From: Eledone cirrhosa
Taxonomy: Eukaryota
Length of the DNA: 64,000 nt
NCBI GenBank assembly: GCA_964016885.1
Contig: OZ024740.1
Span: forward strand, 425,816,001 to 425,880,000
Direction: 5' to 3'
In this document: positions 44,512-55,859 of the stretch, one piece after another
How the letters are laid out: the number at the start of each line of letters is the position of its first letter
Numbering within the stretch: position 1 is the first letter of the stretch
Made by a program: the position numbers and the translations under genes
The notes under the pieces: model-generated
Told to the model about the DNA's origin: nothing
Seen by the model: the letters and a program-made list of their open reading frames with translations, nothing else
The model's database searches: none

Positions 44512-45597
44512 TCTGCCGAAACGGTGAACAGGTGTGATCGCCGTTTGTCAGACGGGCCTTCCGCAGCTCGTTTCTTTGACTGAGTTGCAGTCCTGGGTCA
44601 AGAAGAGACCGAGACTGAGTGACTGGCATCTGGAATGTTGCCAGTCACTCACTGCCCTCTACCAGGCGGGCAATGCGGTCAGTGGAACTCCACTCTCGAG
44701 TTCTATAGAGGATTAGTGGTGCGCAAGTGCGACGACGCACTCGGAGAGGCTCTGGGAGTCAACGAAGTCGAACTAACCAGTCTGTACCGGAGGACTTTCG
44801 AGCTGGGGACGATGGATAATTTCCAAAAATCCCTCGCTTGGCAGTGCTACCGGGGGGCACTGCCGGTTCGAGATAATCTCTACAGGCACGGAAGTGCTGT
44901 CAGACGGACGTGTCCGAGATGCGCGCAGAGCGACGAAACCGTTCTGCACGCACTCGTCCAGTGTCCGTGCATTACTGACTTGTGGAGTTATGTTGAACAG
45001 CTGTTGTTGCGTGTAGAACGGATCCAGCTATCGGCCGAGTCCATAGTGAATATCGACTCGCCGCCTTCTTTTGGCCAGGAAGGGCAGGCGATTTTCCTCT
45101 GTCTGGTGGCAGTAGCGAAAGAGGTTGCATGGTGGACGAGGTTGAAAGGACTGAAGACAGACACTTTTCTCTTCGGCCAATCCCTCATTAACTTTTTCAA
45201 GTTTCACTTGGAAAGGAAGGTGAGGGTGGAGAGAGAAGTGCTGCCCCCCAGTACATTTGCTGAAAGGTGGGTGAATGTGGCGAGAATGGCCCGTGTGAGT
45301 GGGCCTACTCTGGTCATGCGGCTCTAGGTAGGTAAATTTGAAGAGGAGAGGGGTGCCCTTCCAGGGTGCTCTCGAAGCGTCGGGTCGTTCAGGACTGGCG
45401 GGGTACCTGAGCGAACCCTAGGTGGTCATCCCCCCTATTGGGGAATTTTTTCTTATAATTTTATTGCTACTTTATTGTTACTTTGTTAGTATTACTTTGT
45501 TTATTCATATTGTTTACTCGATTTTTCTGTAAAACCCCACTGTCCCCTATATGTCGGCCATTGTGGCCAATAAATAAAATCATTATTATTATCATTA
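44512..45597 (+). mobile_element. 5'-truncated Tx1/L1-type LINE (ORF2 C-terminus, 3' UTR, ATT tail)
   Basis: ORF 44635-45327 with CPRCAQSDETVLHALVQC zinc-binding motif; near-identical to the reverse complement of 49965-51060. Confidence 0.93.
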
Positions 45598-45599
45598 TA

Positions 45600-45791
45600 A
45601 GGGCGGTCGATTGGTAGTATCGGTAGAGGGTCGGACGCCATGCTTTCCAGCATAGTTACGTCCCTTTACGATCTGAGTTCAAATCCCGCCGAGGTTGACT
45701 TTGCCTTTCATCCTTACGGGGTCGATAAAATAAAGTACCAGTAATGCACTGGTTGATTGCTGGCCTTGTGCCTAAAGTAGAAACAATTATA
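45600..45791 (+). mobile_element. SINE family A, short variant
   Basis: Matches 7880-8102 but lacks the GGTCGATTTAATCGAC..CCCC segment. Confidence 0.9.
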
Positions 45792-45937
45792 TATATACGT
45801 AAAAGGTAAACAGAAATAACAACACAATCGGTACAGTATATGGCAGGTATATATTAGGTTAACGTTTGATATAGCAGGAAGAGGGCCTTAACGTTTCGGA
45901 CGCGAGTCCTCGTTCTACAAAAACACACACATAATAA

Positions 45938-46087
<150 letters not shown>

Positions 46088-46696
46088 ATATATAGGTATA
46101 TATATATATATATATATATCATATGATATAACAGTAGAGATTTTTATGGTAAAATTAAATGATGCATTTGACTAGAAGCGAAAGATGAGAGAAAAGATGT
46201 CAGGAAACGGACCTGAGACTGAATCACACACCTCCTGTATACCGGTCAACTGTATAGAACCACCATACTAACGTGACAGGACACCATTTCACGTGAAATC
46301 TAGCATATATATATGTTCATACTGGATTATATTGCAATATTGTTGTTATTTCGATATCACATGGCGTTCAGTCTTCTTAAATATTTTGAAGTGAAACATA
46401 CCAATTTTTCAGGGTACTTACTGAGGAGATCTGATTGGGGTATTTTTTCATCTTTTTCACTTTTTCATTTATCGAAACATATTTGGATTTTAAAGTTTAA
46501 ACTTATCTACGGAACAGGTTTGATTTTGAAATTTAAATTTGTCTTTGTACCACGGCTATTTGCCAATATGGTTTGTTTTTATTGATTTATTATTTTAAAT
46601 CGAGTCAGGCAAACTGTATTGTTATAATTAGTATTTTTCAATCTAGCTAACTTAGTCATTAACAATACAAACACTGATATATTGGTATCTGTGTTT

Positions 46697-46831
<135 letters not shown>

Positions 46832-46832
46832 A

Positions 46833-47531
46833 TAAAGAATTAGTATATCTACCAACATATATATACAGATGCATACCTATGCTAGCAAATATATAGGTTT
46901 TGTCTTAGTAACTTTGTGGTTCAATGCAAGGGGATGCAGAACAATTAGATGAAAGACGTAAAATAAGAAAATTATAAAAATTAACTTACTTACTAAAATT
47001 TCACTCAAACTAATTAGTTTCTGATAGGGACTAAACATGGTTACCGAATGGAACACATGGAGAATGCCTTTCGTCATCAGGAAGTCAATTCTCAGCTACG
47101 TTCCCAGGCGATGCGTCGACACAGGGAACTTATACAAAAATAATTCAGTGGATGGAAAAATGCAAGCGAGGACTAAATTCCAAGACATTGAAAAAATCAC
47201 TTCCTACTTGGTCGGTGGCAAATTCAAAAGAATCAATCACGTGACATCGAGGTTAATCAGTGAGGAGTGCGATGTTAAGAAGACAGTAGCCGAACTATTA
47301 CTATGAACTGTAGTAGCAGTTTTGGCAAATTTTTGCTCAACAAAATAATTTGGAGTTAATTATAAAGAATTAGTATATCTACCAACTTAGCTGAGAATTG
47401 ACTTCCTGATGACGAAAGGCACTCTCCATGAGTTCCATTCTGAAACCATGTTTATCCCCCTTCAGAAACTAATTAGTTGGAGTGAAATTTTAGTAAGTAA
47501 GTTAATTTTTATAATTTTCTTATTCTACGTC

Positions 47532-47538
<7 letters not shown>
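46833..47538. mobile_element. Element with ~150-bp inverted arms, each with a degenerate hammerhead-like core
   Basis: 46949-47097 is inverted to 47388-47538; direct repeat TAAAGAATTAGTATATCTACCAAC at 46833 and 47363; CUGAUGA-CGAAAGG..CCAUUC-GAAA at 47406-47455. Confidence 0.7.
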
Positions 47539-47618
<80 letters not shown>

Positions 47619-47644
47619 TACATATATATATGTATATATATGCA

Positions 47645-47856
47645 AGGATCGATCAACTTTCGTCAAATCGGATCGAGGAAACAATATTTTTGTCGGTCTT
47701 GCCAGTTGCCAGTACTATCTATCGGTCGCAACTCCAGGTAGAAGGAGCAACGTGAAATAAAGTGTCCTTTTCAAGGGCATAACGCATCGCCCGGTCCAGG
47801 AATCGAACTCACAACCTCAAGATGGTGAATCCAATTCTCTAACCACTCAGCCACAC
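47645..47856 (-). mobile_element. CORE-type SINE (family B)
   Basis: Reverse complement gives GTGGCTGAGTGGTTAGAG..GAGTTCGATTCCTGGACCGGG..GACACTTTATTTCAC, as in 2945-3085. Confidence 0.8.
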
Positions 47857-47893
47857 GTCTTCACACACACACACGTCTTCACACACACACGTC

Positions 47894-47975
<82 letters not shown>

Positions 47976-47982
47976 GTATATC

Positions 47983-48351
47983 TAAAGAGATCTGACTGTC
48001 GATCTTTCTGTGTTTATTTCCATTCCCTTTGTCCTGCGCGCTGCTTATTTTTAATTTATATATATATATATAACGAAGGAAATGTGGCAAGGAACTAGAT
48101 GGACCATAACGCACCAAAGTACTCAATACTTAGGGTAGTAGAGTGGGTAATAGGAACGGCTCAGCTTAAGCCGTTTCGACGGCTAATTCTGGACTAGTCC
48201 AGAATTAGCCGACGAAATGGCTTGAGCTCAGCCGTCGGGGTCCTACTTATTCATATATATATATATATATATATATAAATTAAAAATAATCAGCGCACAG
48301 GACAAAGGGAATGGAAAAAAACACAGAAAGATCGACAGTCCGATCTCTTTA
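47983..48351. mobile_element. Family P copy (48072-48252) enclosed by ~80-bp inverted repeats
   Basis: 47983-48060 is inverted to 48273-48351; inner palindrome CTAATTCTGGACTAGTCCAGAATTAG. Confidence 0.8.
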
Positions 48352-48559
48352 GTCAACCTTTGGAATTCACTACCTTTTCGATACTTTAAGTTCGATACCT
48401 TTCATTCTAGTACATAGTGGAACACAAGAATCAAGCAGAGATAAATTATGCCTTTCGGTAAATTACACAAATGTAGATAGAGAGTGCACGGGCTTAACCA
48501 AAGGAGAAAAATAAAGAGGAGAGAATTTCTAAAACAGAAGAAAATAAGAACTGTAGTCT

Positions 48560-48593
<34 letters not shown>

Positions 48594-48683
48594 GTGAAAA
48601 CTGGGGCGGGAACAAAAACAGAGAGGCAGTACAAACAAAGGTTTATTAGGTTCACCCTCTTGAGAGGGTGGGGTGGGTGGGGT

Positions 48684-48722
48684 CGTTTCGGGCATAAGCC
48701 CTTCTTCAGGAGAAAAGTAGGT
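48684..48722 (-). ncRNA. 3'-truncated hammerhead motif
   Basis: CUGAAGA-A-GGGC uuau GCCC-GAAACG, then a break; cleavage triplet and stem I partner are missing. Confidence 0.5.
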
Positions 48723-48867
48723 GGTGTGTGTGTATTGTACAGAAGCTGGCATAAAATCTTTAGAAATGTTTGAACTTCTCGGTTGTTGTGGGTGCTACGT
48801 TGCAAGTAACAGCTACGCCCCGCGTCCCATTATACTCTGCACAGTCTAGATATATTTAATGAGACCA

Positions 48868-49510
48868 TTAATACTGCATTTCCACACCTTTTCCAAAATA
48901 TATTGATGGGCAGCACTTTATAATCTCATTTCTTTCCAAGTGTAACTTGGAAAAGTAAACGATGGCTTGGCTGAAGGGAATATCTTTTTCCAGTGCTGTC
49001 AACCTCGTCCACCCCACAGCCACTTTCGCCATTGCCACGGGACAGACGAAAGTTGGCTGTACTTCCTAGCTAGAAGAAGGTGGCGCTAAAATGTTCACGA
49101 CAGCTTGGTCGAAATCTGGGCCTATCGTTCACACGACAGCAGCTGTTCGACGAAATCCACAATTTAGCAATGCACAGACACTGGACGAGTGCGGATAGAC
49201 TAGTTTCATCGCTCTCAGCTCACCACAGTTAAACCTGCTTAACTGAACTTTCCTGCCAGTAGATTTTGTCTTCTATTGGCAATATCCTTCCCCGGAAGCA
49301 CTGCCAGGTCAGAGATTTCTGGAAATTATCCGTACTCCCTTATCCGAAGTTCCTCTGGAACACACTTGTCACATAGTTTGATCCTGGTCATCACTAAAGG
49401 TTCAGCCGAGAACGTCTTTGATCCTGGACACCACTATTCCTGTATAGAACGCTAAAATGAGATTTTTACTGAAAATATTGCTCAAATGGTAGCGGACTGT
49501 GAACACCTGA
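48868..49510 (-). mobile_element. Older diverged Tx1-type LINE ORF2 3' fragment
   Basis: Collinear matches to 50290-50940 (GGGCAGCACTT, TTTCCAAGTG, AACCTCGTCCACCC, CACTGGACGAGTGCG, TGGAAATTATCC). Confidence 0.8.
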
Positions 49511-49668
49511 TAACATTTCAGATGCCAGGCGTCAAGCTTTGGTCTTCACTTTATTCAATATTGTAGTTAAGTCAAAGAGATGAGTGTGAAAAGACGCATC
49601 TTATAAAAGGCAACTACACCTGCGCACTATCTAATGATAATACTAATAATAATAATAATAATAATAAT

Positions 49669-49935
49669 TGGGGGGTAAAAAGGATTTGGAACTGCCATGA
49701 AGTCAAACTGGTCCCGATTGTCATAGGCGCACTAGGTACTATCTCAAAGAGTTTCCAGGGATGGTTAAAGAAAATTGGCCCCGCTCCGCTTTTTGGAACA
49801 CTTCAAAAGGCATGCTTGCTGGGAACAGCAAGAACCCTCCAATACGTCCTGAATATCTGAGGCTGCAGGTAGTGGCTTGATATTCATTTCAACAAACTTT
49901 CCAGTTAACTAACATCAATGACTGAGACTCAAAGA
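49669..49935 (+). mobile_element. 3' end of an RLE-type (R4/Dong-like) non-LTR retrotransposon inserted in (TAA)n
   Basis: Open 63-codon frame 49669-49860 WGVKRIWNCHEVKLVPIVIGALGTISK..LQKACLLGTARTLQYVLNI*, not in the ORF track because it has no start codon; (TAA)n on both sides. Confidence 0.85.
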
Positions 49936-50244
49936 ACAATAATATTAATAATAATAATAATAATAATGATTTCATTTATTGGTCACAAGAGCCTACATAT
50001 AGGGGACAATACAAAAGACTGGGGCAGTGGGGTTTTACAGAAAAATCGAGTAAACAATATGAATAACAATGACAAAATAACAATAACAAAGTAACAATAA
50101 AGTAACAATAAAATTACAAGAAAAAATTCCCCAATAGGGGGGATGAACACTTAGGGTTCGTTCAGGTACCCCGCCAGTCCTGAACGACCCGACACTTCGA
50201 GAGCACCCTGGAAGGGCACCCCTCTCCTCTTCAAATTTACCTAC

Positions 50245-53200
50245 CTAGAGCCGCATGACCAGAGTAGGCCCACTCACACGGGCCATTCTCACCACATTCA
50301 CCCACCTTTCAGCAAATGTACTGGGGGCAGCACTTCTCTCTCCACCCTCACCTTCCTTTCCAAGTGAAACTTTAAAAAGTTAATGAGGGATTGGCCGAAG
50401 AGAAAAGTGTCTGTCTTCAGTCCTTTCAACCTCGTCCACCCTACAACCTCTTTCGCTACTGCTACCAGACAGAGGAAAATTGCCTGCCCTTCCTGGCCAA
50501 AAGAAGGCAGCGGGTCGATCTTCACTATGGACTCGGCCGATAGCCGGATCCGTTCTACACGCAACAACAGCTGTTCAACATAACTCCACAAGTCAGTAAT
50601 GCACGGACACTGGACGAGTGCGTGCAGAACGGTTTCGTCGCTCTGCGCGCATCTCGGACAGGTCCGTCTGACAACACTTCCGTGCCTGTAGAGTTTATCT
50701 CGAACCGGCAGTGCCCCCCGGTAGCACTGCCAAGCGAGGGATTTTTGGAAATTATCCATCGTCCACGGCTCGAAAGTCCTCCGGTACAGACTGGTTAGTT
50801 CGACTTAGTTGACTCCCAGAGCCTCTCCGAGTGCGTCGTCGCACTTGCCCACCACTAATCCTCTATAGAACTCGAGAGTGGAGTTCCACTGACCGCATTG
50901 CCCGCCTGGTAGAGGGCAGTGAGTGACTGGCAACATTCCAGATGCCAGTCACTCAGTCTCGGTCTCTTCTTGACCCAGCACTGCAACTCAGTCAAAGAAA
51001 CGAGCTGCGGAAGGGCCGTCTGACAAACGGCGATAACCTGTTCACCGTTTAGGCAGAATATCTGGAGATGCCGCAGCCTCAGCGCGTGCCTGCGCATCAT
51101 TAGCCATGGCATGCCCAGCCCTCCACGTAGAGGGTGCTGGCAGCAGAGGGACCGCCTCACCAGCGGAACCTGACCCCTCCACAAGAATTTGAAGAGGAGC
51201 CGCTCCAATGGCGAAGCGCGAACGGGGGCAACACATGACAGTCAGTCGGTAGTAGATGACGGACGCGATGTACACGTTCGCCACCTCCGCCCGACCTTTC
51301 AGTGATAGCTTCATCCCAGCCCATTTCTGGGTGAGACTGACTACCCTGCCCGTCACCTCGTCCTAATTAGGTCTGGCCCGAACCAAACCCCTAGCAATTT
51401 TACCGGTCCGTCCATCCTAACGACGCTGTTTGACTGCGTGGACTTGCCTCTCCAGGTGCCGAGTTGCAAGCCCACTGACTTTTCCGGGTTAAATGTTGCT
51501 CCCGTCAACCTTTCATATTCCTCCAATAAGTTGCCGACCACATAGATTTCTGAGGTGTCCGACACCATCACGGTGATGTCGTCCGCATAAGACGACACAG
51601 CCTTTCCGCGTCCCGGTTCGAGTGGGATGCCCTGCAACAGCTCCAGCTTCCGCAGTAAAGGCTCGAGAGTCAATACGTACAGAAGGGAGGAGAGAGGACA
51701 CCCTTGATGGACCGATCGGGAGACCTGAAACGGTTCCGAGAGGTAGCCATTAATTTTCACCATCGGGCAGGTGCCGCTATGCATTGCAGCGATCCAGCTT
51801 CTGAAGACGGGGCCGAAGCCAGCCGCCTTGAGGACAGCCTCCAGGTACCAATGGTCGACCCTATCGAATGCTTTCGATTGATCTAAATTGATCAGTTCCC
51901 CACCGAAGCCAGGTTTACACCCTACCCTCTCTATGATGTATCGCATTAGGTGGAGGTTGTCGTGTATGGACCTGGTTGGGATTGCGCAAGTTTGCGCCTC
52001 CCCAACCAAATCCCAGACGACAAGCGCCAACCTCTTCGCTAACACCCTGGTCAAAATCTTAAACTCTGTGTTGAGCAGAGTTATGGGCCTGAAATTGTCT
52101 AATGTGTCCCTCTTGTTCTCGTCTTTCCTTATCAACGTCACTACGCCCCGGCTCACAGAACCCTGACCCGCCACTGCCCCCGAACAACCGAGCAAAATGT
52201 TGGCGAAAGGCCTCACACATCCTCTTGGAATCGCTCAGCTCGCGCCCGTCTCGGTCCGTCAAAGACCGAATCGTGGTTTTATTTCCACGCTGCGCCTCTG
52301 CCACGCGGGCCCATCGAACAGCTTTGGTTCCCTCATTTCTCAGAGCACGCGCCTTAGCTCTGACAATGCAACCTTCGTGTTTCGTATTGAAGAAATGGTC
52401 TAATGCCATTCTCGCCGCTAGCACATCAGTTGCAATGCCACTACCAATAGCCTCGTCTAATTTATCTACCAACTCTCCCTCCTTTCTATTTTTCTCTAAT
52501 GCTACTTCTTTGCTAAACTCCATCGACATTACTCTAATCTCTCTTTTGAGAGCCCCCCACCATCTTTTGTTGACGACTCCCTCTTTCAACTTTTTCTTAA
52601 CTAAATTGTTGACCTGGTCCCTGTAAACCTTACGTGCCGGAAATGACATGTTTAACTTCCAGTAATCAGGTCCTGACCTACGCGTCTTATCTAGGTCGAC
52701 CATACAGATCACAAACTTGTGATCTGAATAGGCGACCGTTTCAAAACGTGGACAGCTTACACTATTTCTGTCTATTTTCCTAATGAATATCCTGTCTATA
52801 TACGATCTAGATGACCCTATGCGGTTAGCCCAAATCCACACTGGCGCATTAGGGAAATCTAGTCGGTATCTGTCAGACAGTTGGACATGGCTGATCAGGT
52901 TCTTGAGGCTTTTGTATCGGATACTCCCACACAGTCCCAGCGTGTGTCTAATATGCCGTGTGTCTAATATGCCGTTCCAGTCCCCCGCTAACAGTAAAGG
53001 GCGAGACGTACCCAAAAGGCCTCCAGGCGTCTAAAGAAGTCCGGCCGTCCTGCCCCAGTAGGAGCATACACGGCCACCAGTCTAAAGGTACCGCCTTCAT
53101 TATTGTTCACGTCCAGGACCACCAATTTCTCGTCCGGGTTCCGGAAGATCGACCTTACCTCGAGATCCAGGCCTTTCCTAAACAGCCCTGCCACCCCACC

Positions 53201-53401
53201 TCACATTCCCGGCCGGCTAACAGATGCCAAGATCTGATAGTCGTTGAAAATGGGGGCTAGTGCGCGCGTGTCTAAAATCCTGGTCTCTCTGACTGCAATT
53301 ACATCCATTTCTATAGACCTGAGGTCGTTGAGCAGGTGACCCTGCTTCCAGGACGATCCCAGGCCTCGAACATTTAAACATCCTACTCTTAATACGGTCA
53401 T
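50245..53401 (-). pseudogene. LINE ORF2 (APE endonuclease, reverse transcriptase, C-terminal zinc motif), frameshifted
   Basis: GCLNVRGL, AVYAP, LAGDWN, SYIDRIF, YSDH; FRPITLLN, LDQSKAFDRV, QGCPLS, YADD; CPRC..H..C; split over at least 6 ORFs, with a deletion near 52165. Confidence 0.93.
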
Positions 53402-53432
53402 GTTGGCAGGTTAAACAGAGAGAGAGGAAGGT

Positions 53433-55396
53433 TTACTTACCTTCCGGGCTCTTGTGAAGGTCGGGTTGTTCGACCTTCATAGTTAGTGGGATTTCTTTTG
53501 GGAACCCCTTTAAAAGTCTTGAAGTGGGTTTTACGTTCGGGGTTCCCACGTCCCGAGGAAAGCTGTCTCGTATTTCTTTGAATATGTCGAGCGACATTCG
53601 CACCAGAACCAAATCTTCCGCCACGAGAAATGTGCTCGATTTAAAAATTTCCCCTTCTTTTTGTATATTTTCACTTCGTGCTACGAGGGCCATCAGTTCC
53701 TTGTTGGCCCTCCTGACGAGCACGAAGTTTTGTATGTTTTGTTGGTGTGATTTTATTTGTTTGCGTGGCTGTAGTGGTGATAGTTTTGGTGGTGTTGTTT
53801 CGGTTGTAACTGTGTTTGTTGTGAGTGCGGTGTCTGTGGTTTCAGATGTTTGTGTGTATATTTGTTCTTGCGTCTATTCAGGTTGTTTGCGTTTGGGGGA
53901 TTCTGGTGATGGTGATGGTGATGGTGGTGTTGATGTTGGTGTTATTGGAGAGATGTTTGCGTGGGTGGTGTCTGCGTCTTTTATTGGGAGTGCTTTTGTG
54001 CTTTGTTGAGTTTTTTTTTCTTTTTGTGTTTCCTTTTTTGTATTTTGGAGGATTTTGTATTTCCCTCATTTTCACTACTGGTAGATGAGGGGTCTGTGTC
54101 TGTAAGTGTGTCTGTATGTATGTTTATGGTTTTATTGGTGTGTGTATTTTTGGGGGGAGGGGGGATTTGACAGCATTCCTCGTTTCCCCCCTGGGTGGTC
54201 AATTTTGGTGGTGGTCTTTCTATTGATGTTGTTGTTGGTGGTTTTGCCGGTGCTGGTGTTGGTTGTGATCCTCGTCCCGGCGTCGGCAGCAGTGGAGCCT
54301 TTCGACCCCTTGCCTCTTTCAGCAGTTGAGGGCAGATGGCTCGCAAATGGGTTTTTTCGCCACAAACAAAACATTGCGTCCTTTTGCCTTCGGTCATAAT
54401 GTGAATGACCGTCCCATTCTGAAGGAGGATGTGGTCCGGGATTGTCTTCACATTCTCGGGCCTGATCTGGAGAAGGATCTCCAGGTCAACTCCGGACCAG
54501 TCCTCTCTGGCCGTTCTGGTCACTTCTATAGGAACTGTATCCGTCCCCTCCACAATCACACATCCCAAAAGCCACCACATCTCAAGTCCTGGTGGGATTC
54601 TGGGAATGCGGAGACGGGCCGTTCTTTTTACCATGTGGGAGGGGTACATTATGACCTTGCTGGTTTTGCAAGGAGTCATAGCATGTTTCATAGCGAGGGC
54701 TTCTGACTTGAACAACACCGAAATGGTGCCGTACTGTCTGCCCCTCTCTATGTATTCGGTGTCTTCTCTGATGCACCTCAGCGCTACTTCGACATCTTCT
54801 TCTGGGATTAAAGCTGCCCTTTTGGTTTGTGCTGAGATGCATATATAATGCACCGTTTGGCGCTCCACTGCCTCAATAGCTTCTACCGGGACAGTTAAGT
54901 TGGCCCAAGTTTCCTCTTGCTTGATGAGCTTCCATGCTTGGGCCAACTTTTCATCTTTGTTTGAGAGGTCCATGTTGAAGCATGGCCTCCTTTTTGCTGC
55001 TGCCGCAGCGAAAGTGTTCTTCTTGTTTTCGTTGGGGGTGTTGTTGTCCTTGTCGTTGTTCTTGTTGGTGTTGTTGTTATCACTGTTGCTGTTATCATTG
55101 TTGTCTTAGTTGCCACCGTTGTTCCCGGTGCAGTTGGTATTGTTGCTGTTGGTGTTGTCGCTATTCGTTTTCATGTTAGTGGTGTTGATATTGTTGTTGT
55201 ATTTGGAATTTTTTTTTTGTTATCTGTATTTTCGTTGTCGCTGTTACTGTCATTTTTTTCAAAATTAGTGTTCTTATTGGTATCATTGGTGTCTTTGTTT
55301 ACATTGTTTGTGGTGGTGTTTGTGTTATCAATGTGTGTTAATTTCGCTGTAGCGCTCCTCTCAACTTCTACGTCGTTGTCGTACGACAGCCGACAT
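53433..55396 (-). pseudogene. LINE ORF1 (gag-like, zinc knuckle), frameshifted
   Basis: 330-aa ORF 53981-54973 with CFVCGEKTHLRAIC; low-complexity N/T/K-rich flanks in shifted frames; ends 31 bp before the ORF2 ATG; start position uncertain. Confidence 0.85.
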
Positions 55397-55491
55397 ATCG
55401 CTGGGGGCGGTAGACTACGAATTTACATCATTCAAATATTAGGTATCATATCTTAAAGTGCGCGGTTAGTTCAGATACAACTGTAAGAATA

Positions 55492-55842
<351 letters not shown>

Positions 55843-55859
55843 AGCCATATCCATAGAAT

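Larger units (their letters stand above)
49950..55420 (-). mobile_element. Near-full-length Tx1/L1-type LINE, inactivated
   Basis: ORF1 with CCHC knuckle, ORF2 with APE, RT and zinc motif, 3' UTR with AATAAA and (ATT)n tail. Confidence 0.95.

Noticed and set aside
45885-45915. Hammerhead on the minus strand (GGAC-ucgc-GUCC-GAAACGUU)
   Set aside because: Only the 3' half is present and CUGANGA is absent; a remnant at best.
50383-55456. Plus-strand ORFs within the LINE
   Set aside because: Antisense shadows of ORF1/ORF2 with no recognisable motifs.
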